Made by a program: the position numbers and the translations under genes
Assembly (NCBI RefSeq): GCF_004010195.1
Contig: NC_057736.1
Span: forward strand, 11,091,968 to 11,155,967
Origin: Chiloscyllium plagiosum
Lineage: Eukaryota
Direction: 5' to 3'
DNA: 64,000 nt
The notes under the pieces: model-generated
Told to the model about the DNA's origin: nothing
Database searches by the model: none
The model's input: the letters and a program-made list of their open reading frames with translations, nothing else
In this document: piece by piece, positions 53,301 through 64,000 of the stretch
Layout: the number at the start of each line of letters is the position of its first letter
Numbering within the stretch: position 1 is the stretch's first letter

Positions 53301-56300
53301 GCGGAGAGGACAAGAAGAAGACTGCAGGTCAGGAAGGCGGTGCCGGGCGGGAGGGACCNNNNNNNNNNNNNNNNNNNNNNNNNNNNNNNNNNNNNNNNNN
53401 NNNNNNNNNNNNNNNNNNNNNNNNNNNNNNNNNNNNNNNNNNNNNNNNNNNNNNNNNNNNNNNNNNNNNNNNNNNNNNNNNNNNNNNNNNNNNNNNNNNN
53501 NNNNNNNNNNNNNNNNNNNNNNNNNNNNNNNNNNNNNNNNNNNNNNNNNNNNNNNNNNNNNNNNNNNNNNNNNNNNNNNNNNNNNNNNNNNNNNNNNNNN
53601 NNNNNNNNNNNNNNNNNNNNNNNNNNNNNNNNNNNNNNNNNNNNNNNNNNNNNNNNNNNNNNNNNNNNNNNNNNNNNNNNNNNNNNNNNNNNNNNNNNNN
53701 NNNNNNNNNNNNNNNNNNNNNNNNNNNNNNNNNNNNNNNNNNNNNNNNNNNNNNNNNNNNGGGGGGAGGGGGGGTGAAGGAACTGGTGAGGTCCAAGTTC
53801 ATCCCCTGCGGTTGGAGTGTTCCCAGTCGGAAGATAAGACGCTCCTCCTCCGACCGTTGCGTTGTTGTGGTTTGGCGGTGGATGAGTCCAATGACCTGCA
53901 TATCCTCGGTGGAGTGGGAGGGGGAGTTGAAATGCTGTGCTACAGGGTGGTTTGGTTGGTTCGTCTGGGTGGCCCAGAGGTGCTCTCTGAATCGCTCCGC
54001 AAGTAGGCGGCCTGTCTCCCCAATATAGAGGAGGCCACACCGGCTGCAGCGGATGCAGTAGATGATGTGGGTGGAGGTGCAGGTGAATCTGTGGCGGATA
54101 TGGAAGTTTCCTTTGGGGCCTTGGAGAGAAGTGGGGGGGGAGGTGTGGGCGCAAGTGTTGCACCTCCTGCGGTTGCATGGGAAGGTGCCGGGAGTGGAGG
54201 TTGGGTCGGTGGGGGGTGTGAGTCTGACAAGGGAGTCGCGGAGGGAGTGGTCTCTACGGACAGCTGATAGGGGAGGGGAGGGAAATATATCGTTGGTGCT
54301 GGGGTCTGTTTGGAGGTGGCGGAAGTGACGGCGGATGATGCGCTGTACATGGAGATTGGTGGGGTGGTAGGTGAGGACCAGTGGGGTTCTGTTCTGGTGG
54401 CGGTTGGAGGGGCGGGGCTCAAGGGCGGAGGAGCGGGAAGTGGAGGAGATGCGGTGGAGGGCATCGTCGATCACGTCGGGGGGGAAATTGCGGTCCTTGA
54501 AGAAGGAGGCCGTCTGTGTTGTGCGTATTTTGAACTGGTCCTCCTGGGAGCAGATGCGGCGGAGACGAAGGAATTGGGAGAATGGGATGGCGTTTTTACA
54601 GGGGGCGGGGTGGGAGGAGGTGTAGTCCAGGTAGCTTATGGTCATTATAGTCAGCCCCAGATAAATCTCAATTCCCTTATATGTGAATAATCTAATGCAG
54701 CTTTCAGTGAATTTAAGAACCCAGCCTCCCCTGTAGAATTCAACACGAACAATACATTGAGAAATACAACATGTCTTTAGAAGGACTTTACACCTGTCCA
54801 CAACAGACAACATCCTTCACCTACAAACTATCCAGCAACATGAATGGCATTTAGACAACATGTTACTCCAGGATCTAAATAAGTCAAAACTGAAATAACT
54901 GTGGATGCTGTAAATAAAAAAAAAGGATATTGCTGGAAAAGCTCAGTTCTGGCAGCATCTTTGGAGATATTAGAGTTAACATTTTGGATCGAGTGACCCT
55001 TCCTCAGAACTCAACCTAAGACGTTAACTCTGATTTCTCTCCACAAATGCTGTCTGACCTGCTGAGCTTTTCCAACAATTTCTGTTTTTGTTGCTAAATA
55101 AATCAGTTGCGGCCTGCACAATTGCCCATACAGTGACAAGACAAATTTGAAACTGCAGTTACAATTTGACTTTCCACTGCAAATACAATCAGAGAGATGT
55201 ACAGCACAGAGACACTTCAGTCAAACTTTTCCATGCTGACCAGATATCCTAACCTAATCTAGTCTCATTTGCCAGCACTTGGCCCATATCCCTCCAAACC
55301 CTTCCTATTCATATACCCATCCAAATGCCTCTTAAATGTTGCATTTGTACCAGCCTCCACCACTTCCTCTGGCAGCTCATTCCATACACCTACCACCCTC
55401 TGCAAGTAAAAGTTGCCCCTTAGGTATCTTTCTCCTCCTACTCTAAACCTATTCTCTTCAGCGAGTTTTGAGAAGATTTGTAGCTCAGGTTGAGGTTTTG
55501 AATGTAGAACTGGAAGTTCATTTCCAGACATTTTGTTACCCTATTAGGGAACATCTTCAGTGGGCCTCATGCTGAAAGTCCCTGCTTTCTATTTATATGT
55601 TTGGGTTGATGTTATTTCCTGTGGTGAAGTCACCTCCGGTTCCTTTTCTTAGGGGGTGGTAGATGGGGTCTAACTCGACATGTTTGTTGATAGAGTTCCA
55701 GTTGGCATGCTATGCTTCTGGAATTCTCGTGCGTATCTTTGTTTGGCTTGTCCTAGGATGATTGTGTTGTCCCAGTCGAAGTGGTGTCTTTGCTCATCTG
55801 TGTGTAAGGATACTAGTGAGACAGGATCATGTCTTTTTGTGGTTAGTTGATCTTCATGTATCCGGGTGGCTAGTTTTCTGCCTGTTCGTTACAGTCTTTG
55901 CACGGTATTTTGTAAATGACATTAGTTTTGCTTGTTGTCTGTAATAGGGTCTTTCAAGTTCATTAGCTGCTGTTTTAGTGGGTTTGTAGGCTACCATGAT
56001 ACCAAGGGGTTCGAGTAGTCTGGCAGTCATTTCCGAGATGTCTTTGATGTAGGGGAGTGTGGCTAGGATTTCTGGACATGCTTTTTCTGCTTGTTTGGGT
56101 TTGTTGCTGAGAGATCGGTGGATGGTGTTCATTGGGTACCCATTCTTTTTGAATACACTGTATAGGTGATCTTCCTCTGCTCTGCATAGTTCCTCTGTGC
56201 TGTACTGTGTTGGCTTGTTGAAATAATGTTCATTTGAAATAAAGCCAAACAAAAGACACGCACGAGAATTCCTAGAAGCATGGCATTCCAAATGGGGGTG

Positions 56301-56611
56301 AAGGGGGGGGTTTAGATTAGATTAGATTACAGTGTGGAAACAGGCCCTTCGGCCCAACAAGTCCACACCGGGGTAGAGGTGAAGGGGGGTGACATCTGCC
56401 CGAGCTGCCCTGTCATTCACTCACTCAGTGACCGGGCCCGACATCACGAGCTGCCTCAGTGCTTGGGGGCTTTCTCCGCTCCGGCCCTCCCCGGGGGCCC
56501 TCAGGCCCAGACCACCCCCTGACCCCGGTGTGGTACCTGGCTACTGTCGCTGTAAGCCCGCAACTGCCGAGCGACAACGAACTGACTCCTGAGCACCAGC
56601 AAACGCGCCAT
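50212..56611 (-). CDS. ATP5IF1: ATP synthase inhibitory factor 1, mitochondrial; 3 exons, 113 aa
   Basis: 75+113+154 nt splice in frame: [25 protein letters not shown]|[38 protein letters not shown]|[50 protein letters not shown]. Confidence 0.96.
52502..52614 (-). CDS. ATP5IF1: ATP5IF1 exon 2 (inhibitory segment)
   Basis: [19 protein letters not shown] signature; tttcag| and CAG|gtaaca. Confidence 0.96.
52781..53001. mobile_element. Poseidon-type Penelope fold-back mini element
   Basis: Perfect 16-bp TSD acattggtcctttgag (52765-52780, 53002-53017); inverted arms around tcacgtga; degenerate hammerhead CUGAUGA at 52893. Confidence 0.78.
53082..54635 (-). mobile_element. Young Neptune-type Penelope-like element (RT thumb, Cys linker, GIY-YIG, 3' end) in ATP5IF1 intron 1
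   Basis: Open frame [59 protein letters not shown]; 9-bp TSD ttatggtca (53073-53081, 54636-54644); N gap 53359-53760. Confidence 0.92.
53142..53177 (-). ncRNA. Minimal hammerhead ribozyme (intact core with stem I)
   Basis: AUUC-CUGAAGA-A-GGGCA-UG-UGCCC-GAAAC-GUC-GAAU: 4-bp stem I, stem II, palindromic ACGU stem III. Confidence 0.8.
54887..55093. mobile_element. Penelope-derived fold-back mini element
   Basis: TSD ctaaataa(g/a)tca (54875-54886, 55094-55105); minus-strand GAGUU-CUGAGGA-A-GGGUC-ACUC-GAUCC-AAAAU-GUU-AACUC. Confidence 0.75.
55188..55452 (-). mobile_element. CR1/HER1-like LINE 3' end
   Basis: [17 protein letters not shown] plus tail. Confidence 0.85.
55455..56292 (-). mobile_element. 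Poseidon-type Penelope-like fragment with a 5' inverted segment
   Basis: [15 protein letters not shown]...[20 protein letters not shown]; degenerate hammerhead 55560-55527; 56240-56292 is the reverse complement of about 55700-55750. Confidence 0.8.
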
Positions 56612-56790
56612 CGTCCCCGTCCTTGCAGTGACCGAATGGCGGCCAACGCTGACGCCCACAGCACGTGACCCGCGGACCTGTCAATCAGGGTTCGTCACGG
56701 ACCCAAGAACCACGTGATCCCGGCCCCCACAGGGATGGTTCCGCCCCTGGAACCATGTGACTCTGGACCTGTCAATCAGGGAGTTGGTGC
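56370..56790. promoter_or_regulatory. CpG-island promoter of ATP5IF1
   Basis: CpG-rich; E-boxes at 56662, 56711 and 56754; CTGTCAATCA at 56678 and 56769; GC box at 56741. Confidence 0.8.
56537..56611 (-). CDS. ATP5IF1: ATP5IF1 exon 1 (mitochondrial targeting peptide)
   Basis: acgATGG start, Arg/Leu-rich presequence, CAG|gtacca donor, within a CpG island. Confidence 0.85.
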
Positions 56791-56814
56791 CAGTCCACAC
56801 AATGGCGCAAATGT

Positions 56815-58780
56815 TATAGAATCAAAGAACAAATAAAATTACAGCACAGGAACAGGTTCTTTAGCCCTCCAAGCCAACGCTGATCCAGATCATCTGTCTA
56901 AACCTGTTGCCTATTTTATAAGGATCTGTATCCCTGTGCTCCTTGCCCTTTGATACATCTTAAATGACATCATTGTGCCCATCCCTACCACCTCCACTGC
57001 ATTTCAGGCACACACCACACTGTGCGTAACTTTCCATGCATATCTCCCCTAATCTTTTCCACTCTCACCTTCAACTTGTGACCTCTAGTAATTATAGAGT
57101 TATAGAGTCACAGAGATATACAGCATGGAAACAGATCCTTCGGTCCAACCCGTCAATGCCGGCCAGATATCCCAACCCAATCTACTCCCACCTGCCAGCA
57201 CCCAGCCCATATCCCTCCAAACCTTCCTATTCATATACCCATCCAAATGTCTTTTAAATGTTGCAATTGTACCAGCATCCACCACTTCCTCTGGCAGCTC
57301 ATTCCATACACGCACCACCCTCTGTGTGAAAAGGTTGCCTCTTAGGTATCTTTTATATCTTTCCCCTCTTATCCTAAACCTATGCCCTCTAGTTCTGGAC
57401 TCCCCGGCCCCAGGGAAAAGACTTTGTCTGTTTATCCTATCCATGCCCCTCATAACTTTGTAAACCTCTATAAGGTCACCCCTCAGCCTCTGACACTCCA
57501 GGGAAAACAGACTCAGCCTGTTCAACCTCTCCCTGTAGCTCAAATACTCCAACCCTGGCAACATCCTTGTAAATCTTTTCTGAACCCTTTCAAGTTTCAN
57601 NNNNNNNNNNNNNNNNNNNNNNNNNNNNNNNNNNNNNNCAAGTTTCACAGCATCTTTCCGATAGGAAGGAGACCAGAATTGCATGCAATATTCCAACAGT
57701 GGCCTAACCAATGTCCTGTACAGCCGCAACATGACCTCCCAATTCCTGTACTCAATACTCTGACCTATAAAGGAAAGCATACAAAACGCCTTCTTCACTA
57801 TCCTAACTACCTGCGACTCCACTTTCAAGGAGCTGTGAACCTGCACTCCAAGGTCTCTTTGTTCAACAACACTCCCTAGGACTTTACCATTAAGTGTATA
57901 AGTCCTGCTAAGATTTGCTTTCCCAAGCAGCACCTCACATTTATCTGAATTAAACTCCATCTGCCACTTCCCAGCCCATTGTCCCATCTGGTCAAGATCC
58001 TGAGGTAACCCTCTTCGCTGTCCACTACACCTCCAATTTTGGTGTCATCTGCAAACTTACTAACTATACCTCTTATGCTCTCATCCAAATCATTTACATA
58101 AATGACAAAAAGTAGAGGACCCAGCACCGATCCTTGTGGCACTCCAGTTGTCACAAGCCTCCAGTCTGAAAAACAACTCTCCATGACCACCCTCTGTCTT
58201 CTATCTTTGAGTCAGTTTTGTATCCAAATGGCTAGTTCTCCCTGTATTCCGTAAGATCTAACCTTGCTAACCATTTTCCCATGGAGAACCTTGTTGAATG
58301 CCTTATTGAAGTCCATATAGATCACATCTACTACTCTGCCCTCATCAGTCTTCTTTGTCACTTCTTCAAAAAACTCAATCAAGTTTGTGAGACATGATTT
58401 CCCACGCACAAAGCCATGTACATCCTGTCCCTTGAGTCCCACACTCGGGGAAAATGCTTTTTGCTTTCGACACTGTCTATACCTCTCATGATTTTGTCGA
58501 CCCAATCAGTTCCCCACTCAATCTCCATCTTTCTAATAAAAACAATTCTAACATACTCAACCTCTTTTCATAGCTAGCACTCTCTAAAAGGCAACATCCT
58601 AGTGAACCTCCTCTGCACCCTCTCTAAAGCATCCACATCCTTTTGGTAAGGTGGCGACCAGAACTGTACACAGTATTCTAAATGTGACCGAACCAAAATC
58701 TTATACATCTGTAACATGACCTACCAATTCTTATACTCAATAACCTGTCTGATGAAGGGAAGCATGCTGTATGCCTTTTT
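56815..58780 (-). mobile_element. Young CR1/HER1-like LINE (57094-58420) nested in an older CR1-like LINE
   Basis: [53 protein letters not shown]; frameshifted; older LINE sequence on both sides. Confidence 0.88.
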
Positions 58781-59030
58781 AGATGAGATTACATTCCCCT
58801 ACAGTATGGAAACAGGCCCTTCAGCCCAACAAGACCACACTGACCCTCCAAAGAGTAACCTACCCAGACCCATTCCCTGACCCTATATTTACCCCTGACT
58901 AATGCACCTAACACTATGGGCAATTTGGCATGACCAATTCATCTAACCTGCACATCTTTGGATTATGGGAGGCAGCCAGAGGAAACCCACACAGACACGG
59001 GGAGAATGTGCAAACTCCACACAGACAGTC
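58781..59030 (-). mobile_element. HE1-like V-SINE, 5'-truncated
   Basis: V-domain remnant and LINE-like tail. Confidence 0.75.
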
Positions 59031-59430
59031 GAATTTTGACAGGGTAAAGAAGTATATTCTGCTTACACTAGTTGGTATGTCAGTAACTAGGAATAACAAT
59101 TTCAAGACTGTCAGCAAGAGAGCTAGAGTGAGATGAGGAGAAATGTCTTTACTGAGAGAGTTGTTAGGATTTGGAATATGCTTCCTGGGAGAGTGGTGCA
59201 GATGGATTCAATTGGAAGTTTCAATAGAGAGTTAAATAGTGAGTAATGTACAGTGCTATGGAAATAGGGCTGGAGAATGGGACTGGCTGGAGAGCTCTTT
59301 TGGGAGCCAATACAGACACTTTGGGCTGAATAGCCATCTTCTGTACTGTAAAATTCTATGATTATATAATTATGAATCACGTTTTTGTTCCTGGATGTTG
59401 ACCGAAGCACTGTGTACTTACTACATCTTG

Positions 59431-59755
59431 ATTAGATTAGATTAGTTACAGTGTGGAAACAGGCCCTTCGGCCCAACAAGTCCACACCAACCCGCCGAAG
59501 TGCAACCCACCCAGACCCATTCCCCTACATTTACCGCTTCACCTAACACTAAGGGAAATTTAGCGTGGCCAATTCACCTAACCTGCACATTTTTGGACTG
59601 TGGGAGGAAACCGGAGCACCCGGAAGAAACCCGCGCAGACACGGGGAGAATGTGCAAACTCCACACAGTCAGTCACCTGAGGCAGGAATTGAACCTGGGT
59701 CTCTGGCGCTGTAAGGCAACAGTGCTAACCACTGTGCCACTATGCCACCGTGCCC
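59431..59755 (-). mobile_element. Full-length HE1-like V-SINE
   Basis: A and B boxes, V-domain, (AATCT)n tail. Confidence 0.88.
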
Positions 59756-61001
59756 CTAGATTTCTTCCCCTAGATTTCCAGTTAACTATAATTATTGACC
59801 TCAGGTTCTTGATTTTTTGATGACTAGCAATTAATCAGTGTCTTCATTCCCAGTTTGAACTAAAACTGGAAATGTTTCAGCATCAGTAAATGAGAAAGGA
59901 AATTGTATTCCACCCTCATCCCAAAATTAGAAAGTTTGCAATTCAGTTTCTAGCAAAACTAATACCTTAGTATCTTAGGTAAATAATTGTAAAGTACATG
60001 TAATTATAATTAAATTGCTTTATTGCGGTTTGCATGCATTTAGAGCATTGTTTTTCTAATTGAATCAAAAATTAATAATTGAAAATGCATTGTACAACTT
60101 AGCAAACTACAACCCATGCAGGCTACACCGAACACTGAAATGTGTGTCTTGACCAAATTTGAAACCAGTATTATTATCTAAAGTGAATTCATCTAATATT
60201 GCTGTTGATCAGTTTGAGAGGAAAGTGTTTGCAAGGGTACTGATTTATTCTTTTTCCTCAACTGTACGAAGCACCATCTAATGGTCAGGTAAGAAATGAC
60301 TGAACATCACATGTGGTTTGGAATTGGAGCTCAGGGTGACATTACAGTACCAGCTTTCATGTAATGGATTTATTTGTGTTCCTGATGGATCTTCTTAATG
60401 GCCCTGTGTAGTTAGTCTCAGGTCTCAAGTGTAGTTTGGATGTAGTAATAACTGTTAACCTTTAGACTATTGCAATGTTCATTCCTTATGGAAATCTAAA
60501 TAATTATAGTGTGGTCACACTGCAGTAAATATGTATACACAATGTTTCACAACAGTTAAAAAAAGAGGTAAGTCAAGCTTGTTTTGGGTATTGGTTGAAA
60601 GAGGAATGCTGATTAGGTCCCTGAGAAAACGCTCTGCTTTTTTTTGGATAATTTTTTTTCTGCATTCAACTTGACAGAGACAGAGTCTTACAATTTAACA
60701 TATTAACTATTAGGCATTAAAAGCACTCTTCAGTTCGGCTTAAGTTTGGAAGCACCATCATCTCCAAGTCAGACATGATCTTCAGGTTGATGTGTATCGC
60801 CTTTGCTTTGGTGTGGCTGGGTCAATAACCAAGCATTCCCTATCTGACATTATTGTGTGATTGCCATCACAACATGAGAGGTTTAAAGAGAATACATAAG
60901 TCACCAAACTCACAGGATGAGGTCATCGCTGCATTTATTGCCTATCCCTAATTGCCTTATTGTTGGTCTCGAGTCACATGGAGGCCAGACCAGGTAACGA
61001 T

Positions 61002-61093
61002 AGACAGGCAGGAGGCCGGAAGAACACGGCAAGCCAGGCAGCATCTGGAGATGGAGATTTTGACCCTTTGGGTATAACCCTTCTTCAGGAAGG
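61002..61093 (-). mobile_element. Penelope-like 3' stub ending at a degenerate hammerhead
   Basis: TSD ccaggtaa(c/g)gat (60990-61001, 61094-61105); CUGAAGA-A-GGGU-UAU-ACCC-AAAGG-GUC. Confidence 0.7.
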
Positions 61094-61488
61094 CCAGGTA
61101 AGGATGGCAGTAATGAGCCAGATGAGTTTTTCCTAACAATCAACAATGGTCATCCAGATTTTTTCTTCATGATTTCAAATCCTATTGTCTGCTGTAGTGG
61201 GATTCAAAGCCAGGTCTCCAGCACATTCCTAGGGTCTCTGGATTAACAGTGCACTGATAATACCATGAGGCTATCACCAACCCCTTGTTATGGACAAAGA
61301 CAGTGGGCAATGGACAATAATACATTATAGTCAGCATTTTAAAATCAGTTGTGTCAAAAAAAAGTTTCATTATTTCATCTGTAGAAAACTATAACAACTC
61401 TAGACCAGAGGCAGAGAGGAAAGACATGGGCACTATGGTTGCTCCCAGCCTGGGACCCAGTCACTGAAATGAGACTCTCTCTCAGACT

Positions 61489-64000
61489 CCCACACTGACC
61501 CAAGCTCAACACCCCCACACTGACCTGAGCTCAACACCCCCACACTAACCTGAGCTCAGTGACCCCACACTGACCTGAGCTCAGTGACCCCACACTGACC
61601 TGAGCTCAATGACCCCACACTGACCCGAGCTCAACAACCCCACGCTGATCCGAGCTCAACAAACCCACACTGACCCGAGCTCAATGGCCCCACACTGACT
61701 CGAGCTCAATGACCCCACACTGACCCGAGCTCAGTGACCCCACACTGATCCGAGCTCAATGACCCCACACTGACCCGAGCTCAACACCCCCACACTGACC
61801 TGAGCTCAATGACCCCACACTGACCCGAGCTCAACAACCCCACGCTGATCCGAGCTCAGTGACCCCACACTGACCCGAGCTCAATGGCCCCACACTGACT
61901 CGAGCTCAATGACCCCACACTGACCCGAGCTCAGTGACCCCACACTGATCCGAGCTCAATGACCCCACACTGACCCGAGCTCAACACCCCCACACTGACC
62001 CGAGCTCAGTGACCCTACACTGACCTGAGCTCAGTGACCCTCAAACTGACCCGGGCTTAGTGACTTCACGCTGACCCGAGCTCATTGACCCTCACACTTA
62101 CCCGAGCTCAGTGACCCCCACGCTGACCCGAAGTCAACACCCCCACACTGACCTGAGCTCAACACCCCCACACTGACCCGAGCTCAGTGACCCCACACCG
62201 ACCTGAGCTCAATGACCCCACATTGACCCGAGTTCAGTGACCACACAATGATCCGAGCTCAGTGACCCCACACTGACCCGAGCTCAGTGACCCCCACACT
62301 GACCCGAGCTCAACACCCCGACACTGACCTGAGCTCAGTGACCCCCACACTGACCCAAGCTCAGTGACCCCACACTGACCTGAGCTCAATGACCCCACAT
62401 TGACCCGAGTTCAGTGACCACACATTGACCCGAGCTCAGTGACCCCACACAGACCCGAGCTCAGTGACTCCCACACTGACCCGAGCTCAAAACCCCCACA
62501 CTGACCCGAGCTCAGTGACTCCCACACTGACCCGAGCTCAACACCCCACACTGACCCCACACTGACCCGAACTCAGTGACCCCGACACTGACCGAGCTCA
62601 ACGCCCCCCACTGACACAAGCTCAGTGACCCCCACACTAACCCGAGCTCAGTGACCCCACACTGACCCGAGCTCGGTGATCCCCACACTGACCCGAGCTC
62701 AGTGACCCCTACACTGACCTGAGCTCTGTGACCCCACACTGACCCAAGCTCGGTAATCCCCACACTGACCCAAGCTCAGTGACCCCACACTGACCTGAGC
62801 TCAACACTCCCACACTGACCCGAGCTCAGTAACCCCACACTGACCCGAGCTCATCACCCCCATACTGACCCGGGCTCAGTGACCCCACAATGACCCGTGA
62901 TCAGTGACTCCACACTAACCTGAGCTCATCACCCCCACACTGACCCGAGCTCAGTGACTCCCACACTGACCCAAGCTCAGTGACCCCACACTGACCCGAG
63001 CTCATCTCTCCACACTGACACGAGCTCAACACCCCAACACTGACCCGAGCTCAACAACCCCACGCTGATCCGAGCTCAGTGACCCTACACTGACCTGAGC
63101 TCAATGACCCCACTCTGACCCGAGCTCAACAACCCCACGCTGATCCGAGCTCAGTGACCCCACACTGACTCGAGCTCAATGACCCCACACTGACCCGAGC
63201 TCAACACCCCCACACTGACCCAAGCTCAGTGACCCTACACTGACCTGAGCTCAGTGACCCTCAAACTGACCCGGGGTCAGTGACTCCACGCTGACCCGAG
63301 CTCAGTCATCCCACACTGACCTGAGCTCATTGACCCTCACACGTACCCGAGCTCAGTGACCCCACACTGACCCGAGCTCAATGACCCCACACTGACTCGA
63401 GCTCAATGACCCCACACTGACCCGAGCTCAGTGACCCCACACTGACTCGAGCTCAATGACCCCACACTGACCCGAGCTCAGTGACCCACACTGACCCGAG
63501 CTCAATGACCCCACACTGACCCGAGCTCAATGACCCCACACTAACCCAAGCTCAACACCCCCACACTGACCCGAGCTCAGTGACCCTCAAACTGACCCGG
63601 GCTCAGTGACTCCACGCTGACCCGAGCTCAGTGACTTCCACACTGACCCGAGCTCAGTGACTCCCACACTGACCCGAGCTCATCACCCCCACACTGACCC
63701 GAGCTCAATGACCCCACACTGACCCGAGCTCAATGATCCCACACTGACCCGAGGTCAGTGACCCTACACTGACCTGAGCTCAGTGACCCTCAAACTGACC
63801 CGGGCTCAGTGACTCCACGCTGACCCGAGCTCAGTGACTCCCACACTGACCCGAGCTCATCACCCCCACACTGACCCGAGCTCAGTGACTCCACACTGAC
63901 TTGAGCTCAGTGACCCCACACTGACCCGAGCTCAGTGACTCCCACACTGACCCGAGCTCAGTGAACCCACACTGACCCGAGCTCATCTCTCCACACTGAC
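61489..64000. repeat. Minisatellite with a 25-26 bp unit, consensus GACCCCACACTGACCCGAGCTCAGT, roughly 100 copies, runs off the window
   Basis: Directly visible tandem array with recurring variant blocks. Confidence 0.97.

Noticed and set aside
57591-57647. caagtttca repeated on both sides of a short N gap
   Set aside because: Looks like contig-end overlap, not a TSD.
61489-64000. Possible CRISPR-like array or repetitive protein exon
   Set aside because: No unique spacers and a eukaryotic context; the 25-26 bp period with frequent TGA prevents a long ORF.

Overview
Vertebrate genomic DNA, most likely from a shark: it carries HE1/V-SINE-like SINEs, CR1/HER1-like LINEs and Penelope-like elements. 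Three spliced housekeeping genes lie on the minus strand, each with a CpG-island promoter: the 5' part of HNRNPR (exons 1-7; the gene runs off the left edge), a complete 8-exon RPL13A (205 aa, 5'TOP) and a complete 3-exon ATP5IF1 (113 aa). RPL13A introns host three box C/D snoRNAs (SNORD33, a SNORD33-like paralogue, SNORD34). A tRNA-Trp(CCA) gene sits head-to-head about 230 bp from the RPL13A start. The rest is retroelement debris (CR1, V-SINE, RTE, a decayed Gmr1-like LTR element), local duplications and a >2.5 kb minisatellite with a 25-bp unit. The strongest unexplained pattern is about a dozen minimal hammerhead-ribozyme motifs in Penelope-like 3' ends of several families. Many of these are tiny TSD-flanked stubs or fold-back hairpins that break at the ribozyme. 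One intact motif lies in sense inside ATP5IF1 intron 1, and one stub is flanked by a 730-bp duplication. The minisatellite unit reads as a nuclear-receptor DR5/DR8 array. All calls were made by eye, without database searches.
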